Shown here in pieces: positions 50,270 through 63,890 of a stretch of 64,000 nt of DNA. Numbering within the stretch: position 1 is the first letter of the stretch; every line of letters starts with the position of its first letter. The notes under the pieces are model-generated. The model was not told where the DNA came from. It searched no databases and worked only from the letters and a program-made list of their open reading frames with translations. The translations under genes and the position numbers were made by a program. This DNA is from Cetorhinus maximus. Taxonomy: Eukaryota. The DNA lies in contig NC_135893.1 of NCBI RefSeq assembly GCF_964194155.1, forward strand, positions 94,426,001 through 94,490,000, in the 5' to 3' direction.

Positions 50270-50777
50270 ACATCCTGGGGTGGGTTACTGTTGACCAGAA
50301 ACTGAACTAGCCATATAAATACTGTAGCTACAAGAGCAGGTCAGAGGCTGGGAATTCTGCAGCGAGTAACTCACCTCCTGACTCCGCAAAGCCTGTCCAC
50401 CATCTACAAGGCACAAGTCAGGGGTGTGATGGAAGACTCTCCACTTGTCTGGATGAGTGCAGCTCCAACAACACTCAAGGAGCTTGACACCACCCTGGAC
50501 AAAGTAGCCCGCTTGATTGGCACCCCATCCGCTACCTTTGACATTCACTTCCGTCACCACCAATGCACAGTGGCAGCAGCGTGTACCACCTACAAGATGC
50601 ACTGCAACAACTCACCTTCGAAAGCACCTTCCAAACCCACAACCTTTACCACCTAGAAGGACAAAGGCAGCTGATACTTGGGAACACCACCACCTGAAGT
50701 TCCTCTCCAAGCCACAGACCATCCTGACTTGGAAATATATCGCTGTTCCTCCACTGTCGCTGGGTCAAAATCCTGCA
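50270..50777 (+). mobile_element. CR1-clade LINE ORF2 fragment
   Basis: CCATCTACAAGGCACAAGTCAGGGGTGTGATGGAA; ORF SPLVWMSAAPTTLKELDTTLDKVARLIG. Confidence 0.82.
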
Positions 50778-53414
50778 TCTTATGACGTATTCCCAGCATT
50801 TGCAAGCCATCTCAGTGTGCCCACCAAATTCGGACAGATGCACTGTGCGCCTAACATCACTTCCTTTGGGGAATCCTGGAAAATATGTCTTTTTATTAAA
50901 AAAGCCAATGATGCTGCTTCAGTATTTAATAACTAACAAGGTTATTATTGCCTTGACAAGAGGTGGAGGTGGACCTCTCTTGGGTGATATCAGGGTTACG
51001 AGGAAAGGTTCAGGAAACTGCTTCATTTCTTTGGAAGAAATGAAACCTCAAGGGTGATTCAAATTTTAAAAAGGTTTTCAGGATGAGGAAACGGATGGAA
51101 AACAAAAATTGATCCAACAAGTGTTCTGCCTGGGAAAGGCTGAAAACGTGGAAGAAGGGAAGCCAGCGGGATCTATTTTCGCCAAGGGTGATAGAATTGG
51201 GGAATGTGTTACCAGGGAGGAAGTCACTGAATCTGTCAGGATAAGCTGTTAGAAGGGACATTTTCCTCATGGTCAATCGAGACCATAAAAGGAATGTCTG
51301 GACGGAGCAGAATCTGTCTGAGACGGATGTGGGTGGATTGTGTATCGGTGACAGAGCCTTCCTTAGTGGAAAACTGGGCAGACTTCTTTATGGTCCCCCT
51401 CTCCAATTCCCACCAATTTAAAATAATTATCTACTAAATTATGGGACGCAAACGTCCATGCCAGATATTCCTCCACCCATTCCTGGGTGATCCTTGATGC
51501 CCAAGTGCATAGAGAGAAAAATTGACCCTTCACTCCTAAAAGGGCAGAAGGGACGTGGTGAGTAAACGAGCAGGTGGAATTTATTTATGAACCACCCTGG
51601 AACATTTACACTATATTAAAAAAGGTGCTATATGAAAATGTAAGTATTGTTCTTAGAAAAATGGACAGATTTGTTTGGCTGTTTCCTGATTACAAAAGTT
51701 CTCACTACTAGACACAGTGCACGGCCTGAGCATTTCAACTGCGATGGCCACCAATCCCTTTCTGCATCATTTCCCGGGATAATCAACAACCACACCAACC
51801 TGAACAGGGTAAGTCATACACAACAAAACCTATCCCAAGTTTTCCGAATTCCCCAATCCAACAGCCTCCCAAACATCACCACTTACCCCACTCTCCAAAA
51901 AAAAAGTTTGTCCCGCCTGCCAGCATTTTGCTTTGGTCTTTTTCATGTGTTTTACAAACACTATTCCTGGCCCTCTACCCATTTACACAAATTCTTCATT
52001 TCCTCCTCTTCCTGCCCATGCTTGGACCTTTTCCGCCCAATCTTATGCCAAACCTACATGCTGGCTTCTAGACAAACTTGACTTTAGCCTCAAAGGCATA
52101 TTAGCATTTTCAGGAAGACTTTAACTGTTTTCCCAAAGCCCTGTGTACACACCACATTACAGTTTGCTGGTCTCAGTAGTGCATGCATTAAAAAGGGGGA
52201 CGCAAAGATCATCCCTTTTAGGAGGAGAAAGGGATGATGAGTGACTACAACAATCACTCCCGTACAAATAAAAAGCAGCAGGAAAAGAAGCTGCAGTCCA
52301 TTTAACACTTATGTTCAGGTACAAAATTGGCTCAGGCAATTTGAACTTCTCTCCTGCATGACACTAATGCCCCGGTTGAAAAGACGGCTTTTTATTGTTC
52401 CAAGTGATAACTTTGGGATCTTGGACGTCATCTCGCTCACCGCTTTGTGGTAACCTTTCCAATCATGCTGGTTTGATGAGAATGGACATGCTGCAGAGTC
52501 TCCACAGTGGCAACGGGGACAATTTTAAATGAACCTGCTCATACTAATGGGACTGGGTGTAACACTGGTTTTGTATCACCCCCACCCATTTTATTCTCCA
52601 TTGCAGTCGACATTGACTGGGGTGTAACACCAGGGCTTTACGAATCCCATGGATTTCCAATCCAGCTAACATGATCGCTACAGTGTGCGACCCCAAAGCC
52701 AACAAGGATATTTCTCTAAAAAGACAACTTTTTCACAATTTGACAGTGTGATGAATTCAGTTTCCAACACAAGAAATGGAGAGACAGAGATAATTCTATG
52801 ATTTCTTGCGATTATCACACACGATCACCAGTGCACTGAATCATCATTGTGCGTCAAACCACTGGACAAGAATAGTTACCGGCAAATACATCCAAGAAAA
52901 CTGTCGGAAAATTGCAGGAAACACACTTCAGAATTATATTAGAAACAGCAGGACCAGTAGCAAGAATCTGGGATCAGATAAAACCACAAAGAATTCGCAT
53001 TAACAAAAAAAGTTCCAAACCATTGTGTACTAAACAAGCACTCGAGAGACTGGCAGTCTGGTCTGTTATTGATGTTAACAGCAATGGAATCTTTTTGAAA
53101 ACAGGAAGTATTCTTCAAACACTTTTTTTTTAAAAGAAGAAAAACAAAGTTGATTCCCTGGTTACTCCCAGTGCACTGGAAGCTTAAACCTTCTCGGTTC
53201 AAAATATCTTCCTCGTTCAAACTGAATTTAGTGAGCACTCCAGAATATTTTGTTTTTGATGATGGGAAGAAGGGGAGGAATAAAGCAACATGCCTTTTTC
53301 ATCATAATGTCAGTCCTTACATCTAGTATCAGAGGTTTTCCCAAACTAATAACTCCTTTTACATTATCATATCATATCGTAGGATAAATAAGAGATTAAC
53401 CACTTAACAGTTTT

Positions 53415-54031
53415 TCAAATAGTCATTTGGTAGTACAGAACTTGAGTATTGCTGAAAAACGAGACATGTCTAAGCTTTTTGTCTTGCAACTCATCAGGAC
53501 ACTGGCAATACCACCAATAATCGGGGGAAAACAACAATTTATTCTGTATGTGATGAGAGTGCCGATTGGTTGGCAAGTGGCGTTGCCATGGAGAATGCAC
53601 CACTGATGATGACTGACAGTCAACTGCCAAGCATTGTTTGAAATTTAAACCAGGCAGCTCGACCCCAATTGGTCAAGGCATTGCCCCAAAAAAATGAGTC
53701 AGCGAATGGCTGTCACTTAGTTTGTTTAGCTGAAAAAGGCGCAATGTGTGTACACGTTCTGTCTGCAAAAGACTGGTGGATCATATCAAACAGCATGTCC
53801 CAAACGCTGTTTGCAATGGGCAGAGCACAGACCCTGCCCAACCATCCCTTGCAAAACTGAGAAGTGTCCAACATTTGATACGATTCCACGATCGGACAAC
53901 ATTTGCTAAATAATCCCCAACGTGCTAAGAATTACGCTGACAACCAATTTAAGATCAATCGGGCTTGCAGTGTGGTACATTTGTATGTACTGGAAGCTAC
54001 ATATTAATACACGGGGCCCTGTTCTTTTCAG
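53415..54031 (-). mobile_element. PLE family B (Naiad-like GIY-YIG) with internal inversion; decayed HHR at 53467-53501
   Basis: Plus 53770-54031 reads QRLVDHIKQHVP...DSTIGQHLLNNPQRAKNYADNQFKI...HLYVLEATY..TRGPVL. The continuation (CRQ..VHTLRLF) and the pseudo-LTR lie on minus 53770-53415. Confidence 0.75.
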
Positions 54032-54149
54032 CACTGCACTGGAGCACAAAATCCTAGGCTGACATTCAAGTCTCAAGAGTGTGCTTTGAACCCATGACCT
54101 TCTGGGTGCTTCACCGAGCCATAGTCAGCAAGTGGCATAAATAACATAA

Positions 54150-54622
54150 GACCATAAGGCATAGGAGCAAAAGTAGGCCATTCGGCCCATCGAGTCTGCT
54201 CCGCCATTCAATGAGATCATGGCTGATCCGATAATCCTCAACTCCACTTTCCTGCCTTTTCTTTAGGGGCCTTGACAGGGTCAATGTGGAGAGGATGTCT
54301 CCTCTTGCAGGTGAAATCTAGTACTAGGGGCCACTGTTAAAAATAAGTGGTCATCCATTTGAGACAGAGATGAGGAGAATTTTTCTTCTCTGCTTGGGTC
54401 GAGTGTTTTTGAAACTCTCTTCATCAAAAGGCAGTAGAAGCAGAGTCTTTGAATATTTTAAGGCCGAGGTAGATAGATTCTTGATAAGCAAGGAGGTGAA
54501 AGGTTATCGGGGGTAGGCAGGAATGTGGAGTTGAGGTTACAATCAGATCAACGATCTCATTGAATAGCGAAGCAGGTTTAAAGGGCTGACTGATCTACTC
54601 CTGCTTCTAATTCCTATGTTTG
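54150..54622. mobile_element. Two CR1 3' tails in inverted orientation
   Basis: Minus tail 54150-54262 abuts a plus fragment at 54265-54622. Confidence 0.75.
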
Positions 54623-56914
54623 AATGCCCATACGTACATCACAAAGCATCATCACTAACACTTGCTGCCCCAGCTCCCACCACCACTCTCCCCATAGTCT
54701 TGTAATCTCCTTGGAGAGGCCAAAAAGAAGTCTCAGATCTTACTCTCTGACCCTCTCAGACGATCAAAACCAGTCCAAGAGATCACAAGGACCAAGTGTG
54801 GTCCATAAAAGCTTCTGTATAATATGATCTCTAACCCATTCAGAAAGCAGTCCAATTCCCTCTTGAAATGTCATTAATAGGGATTATGGTCAACTCTACC
54901 ACAGGGCTACAGGTACAAAGTTGACGGTGCAAATCTAGAGTTCCATCAGTTGATAGAAAATGTTTCAGGAAGCTTTTAAAAATTGACAAAAATATTTAGC
55001 TGGTCCAAAAGAAACAATAAAAGATGAGTACAAGTTATTCTGCATAGTTTAATTAATAAAGACAAAATCAAAAGCTATAAATAAACTGCAGTGGTCAGCA
55101 AACCTGAGTATTTAGCAAATGAATTACTTAAATTTGGCAGAACACCCGTGGCTTTTAAACTTTTTTTTCTTCCCCCCCGCCATATCAAGCTTAAGTGAAA
55201 TGGTCTGCAGCATTAAACTGGACAGGTTTGACAAGCTTTGCATTAAATAATTGACTGTTTTTGGCAAATACAGACTGCTCTCGTTAAAGGCCCTCAGGAG
55301 CAAACTTTATGTCTTAGGAATGTCGTGTGTCTTTTTAGTAGTGGTGTGTGTTATTAGTGGCTTTTTCCCTATATTAAAAGCAGTCAATTTTGAACCATTA
55401 ATAATTGGCTCCACTTATGGCAGATTCAAAGAAAAAATGATTCTCATTACTAACTGGAAGCCATCAGCACCACAAGTCCATCAGAAGCACCCTCACGTTG
55501 AAAGCAGCTCCTCCATTCAAATTTCACCTCCAAGCCTCCAAAACACGATCCCAATGGGCAGAACATTATTCAGTCGAGTTAGATTGCCCTGTTCCCTCGC
55601 CTCCCCCCACCCCACCCCTCCTCCCCACCTCCAGTTAAGGTTCTGAAGTGGGGCACAGTAGTTTTCAATAGTAGAGATTCGGTTGTCAAGGCAATCTGGC
55701 TTTTATAATACAGCGCTGTGTGTTGTCAAGGCAGTCTGGGTATGCAGAGTACAATGGGCAATTAGCACAGAAAACGATGAGTCAGTCAGAAAAATAACAT
55801 TGAGAATACTAAACCTTGGCGGCTTTAAATATTACCTGATACACACACACAGAAAATCACACTGACAACTTGAGACAAAATGACCGTAAAACGTTCTCTC
55901 CATTCAAATTTCCAATGCCAATTTCACCATCCAAAAAAGACACTTCAACTGTTTATGCAGTCACACATAATACCAAAGATAAATCCTACAAAGCATCTTA
56001 GATTTGCAAACATTCAGCATAAGAATTGCCATGACAACTAGTGCAAGTGTTAGACTGGTGTAAAGGTAACGCCTATGATTTTTACACTGGCAGTGTGCGT
56101 GCAAAGATCCACTTGACAGCGCAACCTGCCCTCAGAAAGCCCCTTAAAGGTCTATTTTACGCACTGGGTTTTAAGCGTAAGGATGTTGTAGCACACTGAA
56201 TTGTCTAATTCTGAGCTGTCCAAACGATGGACTTTATGAAAACTGTGGCCTCTGGTGTTCTGGCCTGTGGAACCCTTAACAATTCAAGCCTCCATTTGCG
56301 TTACCATCCCTCACTCAGTTCATTTTTCCTCGATTCGATGTGCTAGGCCCGGAGATTGAGAAAGGCCTCTTCTGAGCATTTTATCCCTGCTGGATAAGAT
56401 GTGAAAGCTATTCTGCTGAAAATGTGGACACCTTTAGGGGTTCGCAAATTGTGGGCAATCTGATGTAATCTTCTCGCGGGGCCTGTATGGCAACATCCAA
56501 GTGGTGAATGAAAACAAATTGTTTCAGGCCACCTGCACTTGTAACTATGGGAGATCTTCTTGTCACCAAGGCCATGCGGGTGGAAGGACGTAGAGCTCAA
56601 AAGACTGGCTTGGATCGATGTTGGCCTCAGAGCCGATTGCAGGCCTTTTGGGCCAATTCAAACTGATCTTGCTTAAAGAGCCACTATTTCATCCAAATAA
56701 CATCACTGATTGAAATGACGTCCGATGCAGTTTTGTTGCTAGTTAGGATGGGTTTGAAAATTCAGAGCTCATATATCAAAAAGAAATGAGATGTGAAAAA
56801 TGAACCCCTGCAGTGCAAACTTTCATGGGAGCTCAGGAAACAATGTGAGAAGCTCTTTGGTGGGTGGCAAAGTCAACTTGTGGGGCTGCTATCACCGCTC
56901 CACTAATATATCAT

Positions 56915-56960
56915 GGATGAATGTAAGGTGAAAGAAGGATGAATGTAAGGTGAAAGAAGG
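56915..56960 (+). repeat. 22-bp perfect tandem duplication
   Basis: GGATGAATGTAAGGTGAAAGAA x2. Confidence 0.92.
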
Positions 56961-58481
56961 TAGTAAAGGGGGATAAGCAGGCCTGATCCCCACCCTGCAA
57001 TATCTGCAGGTCTGGCCCTGGCCTAGACTGTAGCTTCTCCATAGCTCCATACCAGCTGCTGTAATGGCGTCTGCAACCAGGGGTGAAGCACTGCCACTGG
57101 GAATCAAAACCATGGCCTCCCTCAGCAGCTCACTAGGCATGGGCCTCCCCCTGCTGTGGATTCATTATGGGCGGGGCCAGATGAGGCTCTGTGGCCATTT
57201 AAGAACCTCATAGCCCTAAGGCCAGATGGCCCATCCTGACACCTCCCCCACCCCTTTGCAAAATTTCAGACAAGTCTGGGGGGGAAGGGTGGCGGGGTCA
57301 GTGGTGGCAGGTAGGCAGCAGGAAGGCTAGCTGTTGGATTTTACATGACCCCTCCCCTTCAGAGGGGAGGGTAAAATCCAGTGCCACAACGGCTTGGTCA
57401 AAAGCTGACAAAACCTGCCCAATGGCAGTCAATGTGGAACATTCTGTTAGGCTTTGGGGTTTGAACATAGACCTCTTGATTCAGTTGGGGTTCAAGCTCG
57501 AGTGAGGACCACTGGCCCTCAAAATAGTCTGAGGGGTACTGACCTCTGCAGCTATCCCTACACCCACAACCATTACGGGGGTGGGGTTGGGGCGTGGTGG
57601 GGGCAGGAATTTCAAGTTTCTACTCTCCTTCGTGTGGAAAGGTGCTCCCCAATTCGGCAACTGAATGTCCCGGCTCTAAAATTTTAAAGGTTCTGAAACC
57701 CCCTCTTGCTCTTGATTCTCCTCAGCGGAGCAAATAGTTTCCCTGTCTCTACCCCATTGAATCCATTTAAATGCCCATGTGCAAGAGCTGCTGGGTTACA
57801 TTGCCGTATAACAACAAGGTTTAAAAATTCCAACAACTGCGATAAACCCTTAGTCTAAGGTGACAGAAAAGACATGCTGAGCTCAGTTCATTCAAACAGC
57901 AGGGTACAGCACAGTCAAGTCAGCGGGATAGAGGTGAGCTTTCGCAAAGATTAAAGTCACTAAAGTGTTGATCCAACCGAACAAGATTTTTAAACTACCG
58001 AGTTGTCCTTGCTGCTGTTACCACTTTGAAGGCAATTTCACACTGGATATGACATGATAATTATCTTTCAGTGTCGAAACACTTAGTATTTAATCCTTTG
58101 GATTCCCTTACACAAGAACCTTTCCTTTCATTAACTGGGAGGGAAGGCAGGCAGATCATCCTCCCCACATATACATTCTTTCAATGTTGTCATGTTGTGT
58201 TCAGCGCAATCTTCAGTGCAGCAGAGATTAAATTCCCCACAGAAAATCAGTGGCAAAACTTCAAAATTCAGGATTCTGCAAAGTCAAAATCAAAACCAAC
58301 GGTAATGACCAATTGTCAATATTGCTAAGTAGACTTCAAAACACGGACAGCTCTTGTCCATAATTTTCAGCATTGACCTACTCTCCAATCTTGCATATGA
58401 TGCTTATACAAATGCTAGGTGTCAGCTTTGGCTCAGTGGTGGCATTCTTGACTTGGAGCGAGAAGGTGGTGTGTTCAAGCC

Positions 58482-59244
58482 TGCCATGAAACTATTAACA
58501 TATATATTATTGGAAAATATTTTGCTTTTAAAATAGTGGTTTAGTCTGTGGGTGTGTCTTAATTGGATTAAAACCAGCTAGTCTGGGTGCTTTGATGGGT
58601 ACTAGTTTTGATATGTAAGAGAGATAGCATGCATTTGCATTTTTTTGAATAGAGCATTCAAGAAGTGGGGTGAAAACTGACACTGATCTAGCTAGCAGAT
58701 ACCAAGCAATATGTTTATATTACTAATAAAATTGGTGCTATGAAAGGGGTTTTATTGTTAGAGAGGTTTAGTTCAGAGGTTGGTGATACAATGAGAATTT
58801 ACATTCAATGGGCTGTGCTGGGTATAACTTCTGCAGTGTTGTGTGCAGGGTAGAGGCAATATGAGATCAAAGGCAGCTGTAAGCCTCTAACTGTCGCCAT
58901 AGGAACCAAAGTGAAAAGAACCTCATTTTGAATTTGTAAGGTGAAAATGCTTTGCCTGGTGTTTGTTTAAGTCTATGGGTTGCCGCAGCCTTAATGGAGA
59001 TTAGTTTGGGAATTTGTTAAAGTTATGATAGTAGTAATTTGTAGCTATGTGTACACATATTTTAACCTGTGTAAATTAATAAAATGTTTCATTTAATGTA
59101 AAACCTCGAGAACTAGTGGTCTAGTTCCTGAATTTAGAGTCACATCTTAAACATAAGACTAAGATTATAGGTTATGACAGTTGTTTAAAGTTTCCCTCTG
59201 GAATTTTAAAATAACTCAGCTTTACCAACTGTTCGGGCATAAGA
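58482..59244 (+). mobile_element. Solo LTR inserted in a SINE head
   Basis: TGCCATGA...GGCATAAGA (decayed TG..CA), flanks AAGCC/GAGCC, AATAAA near 59078. Interrupts GTTCAAGCC|CCAC of the SINE head starting at ~58420. Confidence 0.7.
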
Positions 59245-61699
59245 GAGCCCCACCCTATAGCTTTATCAGAAGAAAGTGGGTTCAGTCTCCTTAAATACTT
59301 TACAGTTATTCATTCAGTGTCATTCATTCATGCCATTGATCTAGCCTGATACATTGTGAAGTGAAAGGACAGTATTAATTCCCTGCACTTCTAGCCTAAC
59401 TTTCCATAATGCAAGAGGAAGCAGAATTAAGACACATTTTCCTCTTTTGTACACAAGGATTAGCCAGAAATGGTGATCACGGTGTCCTGGCTTCCAAGTC
59501 ACATATTCACATTTGGAAAATATGGTTGTCATTTCAACAAACCAAATATGGAAGAAACATGTATTTTTTTCTTGCCTCTGGGGTCAATTCAAAAAGTACA
59601 GGTGACTGTTACTGCAGTCAAACTTCTAACTCCATGCTAAACAGGCGCTATCGGACAGAGGAAGGGTTAACGTGAATAGACTAGGCCAAGTGTTGACATT
59701 GCTGATCGCTTTACTTCAAAACAGCATTAGAGATTAGAAATTGAAACATCAGTGGTAAGCCAAGCAAATCAAATTATACAATAGCTCTGTACACACACTT
59801 AGTCATTTGCAAAATCTCAGACACCACCACCACCACCCCCCCTCCCGAATCATGACGTATGTAACTTACAGGTACTGTTTGCTGACAGATTGGCCTCTTA
59901 CTTGCACACTGCTCTTTTTCTGCATCAACTGTGGTTCAGCCTTCGGCCCTCAAGGCCAACATTTTATCCACAGAAGAAAAGCTAATCAGTGCAATGGAAA
60001 ATGTTTTCTAGGAGGCGAAGCAAAAGGCCAGGTAGACAATACAGCTTGCCCCACTCGGAGGGAAGGCAGAATCGAACACCTACAAACCGCACAGGTCAAT
60101 TTACTGTTCAGGGAAAAATTATAAAAGCATTTCTGCTGAGGCAACTTCAGTCTTGTTAAACTCTACCTAAATACTCACATCAATTAATGCTAGTGGCAGC
60201 AGCAATTAATATTACAATTTCATACCAATGCTCTGATGATTAAGATAAGTATGATTACATTCTTGGGAGGCTTTCTCCCCTTCTTCCCCAAAGGCATCGA
60301 CTGGTCTTCCGGCCCATGCAACTCTCTGGCCTTTCTTCTTGTGTAGATCAGACAGCAAGACTCATGTCTCTTTGGCCATTGTGTCCCCATGGCGGAACCA
60401 ATCCAGCCTCAACAAATTTTAGGAAGCCTAACCCTCATTTATTTATTTATAGGGAACAGACGTTATAAACATACATCTCCAAATCCAATGCCACGGTTTC
60501 ATTCTGCTCCTATATACTCTTTTTGAGTGTGCCAACAAAGCAAAACTGATGAGCAAATAAACAGCCTCTTAAAGGGTCACTGTGAGAAAAGACAAAACAT
60601 TTTAAAGGAAACTTATCTAAATAAATTAAAAGAGTGTTTCTGCTCGTATATGTAGGAGCACGAGTGAATCCCCCAGTTATGCCCACCACTTGAACACAAT
60701 CAAACACTCAAATAATATACAATTAACGGATAGATCAGCTGCCCAAAAAGATAGAGAAAAAAGAAAACTGCACTAGAAAAGGACATTGCTGTTGCAACAC
60801 CATGGTAATTCTCTCCCCTCCATTTTCCATAAGTGATTTTTCCGTCACTGAAGGGCAGATTGCTTTCTTGGCGGCCACACACTCCCTCTGCCCACATCTC
60901 ACATGTTTCTCAGAGCCTGTATAGCAATGCTGAGGGATGGGGCCTGGTGAAATCTCATGCATAAGAGAGAGTGGGAGAGCACGAACCCAAACTCCTAAAG
61001 GAATAAAAGAGGGCAAGAGGCAGCTACACTGGCAGTAGACCAGTTGATTTTTATCCAGCATTAAAACTGGATGCAACACACAAAACAATCAATCAACAGC
61101 ATTGAAACCCAGATAAGCCCAGTTGAGCAATTATCTGCTGGTGCTCAAACCTGCATAAACAATTAGAGTTTAGGGAAAGCTGATCTGTTACACGGACTAC
61201 TCTACTAGCCGTCTTGCTTTTGCCATAATACCACACGACTCAAGATCTTTTTAATGAAACATGCCATCACACTGAGTGTTACTGTGCAATAGTTTTGTGC
61301 AAAACTGTTTGCTGTGTTATGGAAGGAGGCCATTCCACGCATCACGCCTGTGCCAGCAAAATCATTTGGATTTATTGTCCCTTCCCCAGTGCTCGATTCC
61401 CTATATGGGAGGTCCTCTCACCACTCAATTCTCCAGGTAGCCATTTCTCCAAGCGCTCACCAAACTCTGACCCTAGCAACCTGGGCATCTCTTGACTATT
61501 TGTGCTAACCTGCCCACAGGCCAGATCCCCCCACTTGCTAACATCTGCACCCTTTTGTAGTCTGCCCATCCATTCCCCTTTAAGTTTGCTCAGCTCTCCT
61601 CTTTCTGTCTGCGTACCTTATTCATCACTTTTGTTCATGGACTTGTGCACATTAGTACTGACCATTGTTCATCTCTCCCTTGGTCACTATAGGGCCACA

Positions 61700-62078
61700 C
61701 AGCTGTCACTCAGTTGGTAGCAATTTCACTTGAGTCACAAGGTAATGGGTTCAAATCCCACTCCAGAAACTTCAACACAAAATCCTAGACTGGTACTCCA
61801 GCACAGTAATGAGGAAATACTGCTGTTGGATAAGGCGTTAAATTGTAGCCCCATTAGATCTCTGTAAAGTCGATGTAAGAGATGCCATGATGCCCTTTTG
61901 AAGAAAAGCAGAGTTACTCTGGACAATACTTATCCCTCAACAACAGTAAAATATCTGGCCGTTGCTGTTTATGGGAGCTTGCTGTGTGCAAATTGACTGT
62001 CACATTTCCTACATTACAACAGTGACAAAGCTTCAAAAAAGATTTGCTGTAAAGTGCTCTGGGATGCCCTGAGGTTGC
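61700..62078 (+). mobile_element. Deu-domain SINE, near full length
   Basis: CTCAGTTGGTAGCA...GGGTTCAAATCCCACTCCAG...GCTTGCTGTGTGCAAATTG. Confidence 0.78.
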
Positions 62079-62081
62079 AGA

Positions 62082-62850
62082 AAAGCAGAATGTTATTTAA
62101 GTGAAGAGACATGACAGAATGCTGCACTTCAGAAGGATCTGGGTGTCCTTGTACATGAAACACAAAAAGCCAGCAAGCAGGTACAACAAGTAGCTAGGAA
62201 GGCAAACAGAATGTTGGTCTTTATTGCAAGAACGATGGAGTATAAAAGTAGGGAAGCCTTACTACAAATGTACAGGACATTTGTGAGATCACATCTAGAA
62301 ATATACTGTGTACAGTTTTAGTCACCTTACTTAAGGAGGGATATAATTGTTTTGGTTGCAGTTCAGAGAAGGTTCACTAGGCTGATTCCTGGGATGAGGG
62401 GTTTGTTTTAAGAGGAATAGGTTGAGCCCTATACTCATGGGAGCTTAGAAGAATGTGAGGTGATCGCATTGAAACGTGTAAGATTCTGAGGGGGCTTGAC
62501 AGGGTAGATGCTGAGAGGATCTTTCCTCTAATGCGGGAATCTAGAACTAAAGGGGCACAGTTTAAAAATAAGGAGTCTCCCATTTAAGACAGCGAATAAG
62601 AGGAATTTCCTCTCGGAGGGTTGTTGGTCGTTGGAATTCTCTTCCCAGCCAACACTGGAGGTTGGGTCACGGAAAATATTCAAAGTTAAGTTAGACAGAT
62701 TTTTGATCTACAAGAGAGAGTCAAGGGAATTATTGTGGGCTGGCAGGAGGTGGAGTTAAGGCCACAATCAGATCAGCCAGTATCTTACCGAATGGTGAAG
62801 CAAGCTCAAGGGGCCGAATGGCCTACTCCTGCTCCTGTTTCTTGTTATGT
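62082..62850 (+). mobile_element. CR1 ORF2 C-terminus + 3' UTR (decayed)
   Basis: Reads QKDLGVLVHETQKASKQVQQVARKANRMLVFIARTMEYKSREALLQMYRTFVRSHLE; tail GGGCCGAATGGCCTACTCCTGCTCC. Confidence 0.9.
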
Positions 62851-63477
62851 GTAAGGTGTTTTATAAATGCTAGCCTTTCTTTAAAGCATTTTCATTATAC
62901 TATGCACCTAATTAAGTAAAATATGAGGAAGTGAAAAATCACTTAGTTATATAAAAAAAATTCAGAAAGCGATTTTATTAGAACACAATGCAGGTGTCGA
63001 GTTTTAAATGATATTATTGCAAGCAGCATTCTAATTTTAAAGCATATGAAATGGAAATGAGGTATATCATTCCACCAGATTAGAATATAACTATTGATTC
63101 AAATCAGATTGCATAATAACTTGTGATTTCCCACATATTGTAAATAAATAGTGGCCTGATTGATGGAGCAAATATATAAATAGCACTGTGATTTTTGTGA
63201 TGTAAATTTAATTATGCCACAGTAATTATGTTGCTCGAGTTTCAATCTCATGCACAGAGTACGTCCATTTTAATTCCATGCTTTTTTTAAATGAAAATTC
63301 GATTTCACATTATGTCACAGGGATTACGTTCGTTCTATTCCGATTATCAACATTCATCTATTGCCAGATTATATTTCTGAAGCACTGTTATTTCGGATAG
63401 CCCCGAAATTCCATTGCAGATTCATTGACTTCCCTCCACAACTCCAGCGGGAGGCCAGGGGATTCTCCCGGAGAAGA

Positions 63478-63890
63478 AACAACAACTTGCATTTATATAG
63501 CGCCTTTCGATGTATTATAAAAGATGTCCCAAGGTGCCCCAAGGAGCAGCAAAAGTCAGGCAAAATTTGAAACTGTGCCACATAAAGTGACAGGAGCTTT
63601 GGTCAAAGTGGTAGGTTTTAAGGAGACACTTAAAAGGAGGAGAGATGAGTAGTGAGGTACAGAGCCAGAGCTTAAGGCCTAGGCAGCTGAAGGCACGGCA
63701 ACCAACCACGGACAGATGAAAATTGGGGTTGTGCAAGAAGCCAGAATCGGAGGAGCACAGAGATCCTGGAAAGCTGTAGGGTTGGAGGCGATTACAGAGA
63801 TAGGGAGGGGCAAGGCCACGGAGGGATCTGAAAATAAGAACCATTTAAAGCAAGTTGTTGCTGGACCAAGAGCCAAGGTAGGCCAATCTG
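63478..63890 (-). mobile_element. L2 LINE 3' fragment
   Basis: Minus ORF LIFRSLRGLAPPYLCNRLQPY...RAFSCLGLKLW...LLKTYHFDQ. Confidence 0.8.

Noticed and set aside
55682-55740. Short direct repeat GTTGTCAAGGCARTCTGG
   Set aside because: Only two copies; consistent with a local slippage duplication.
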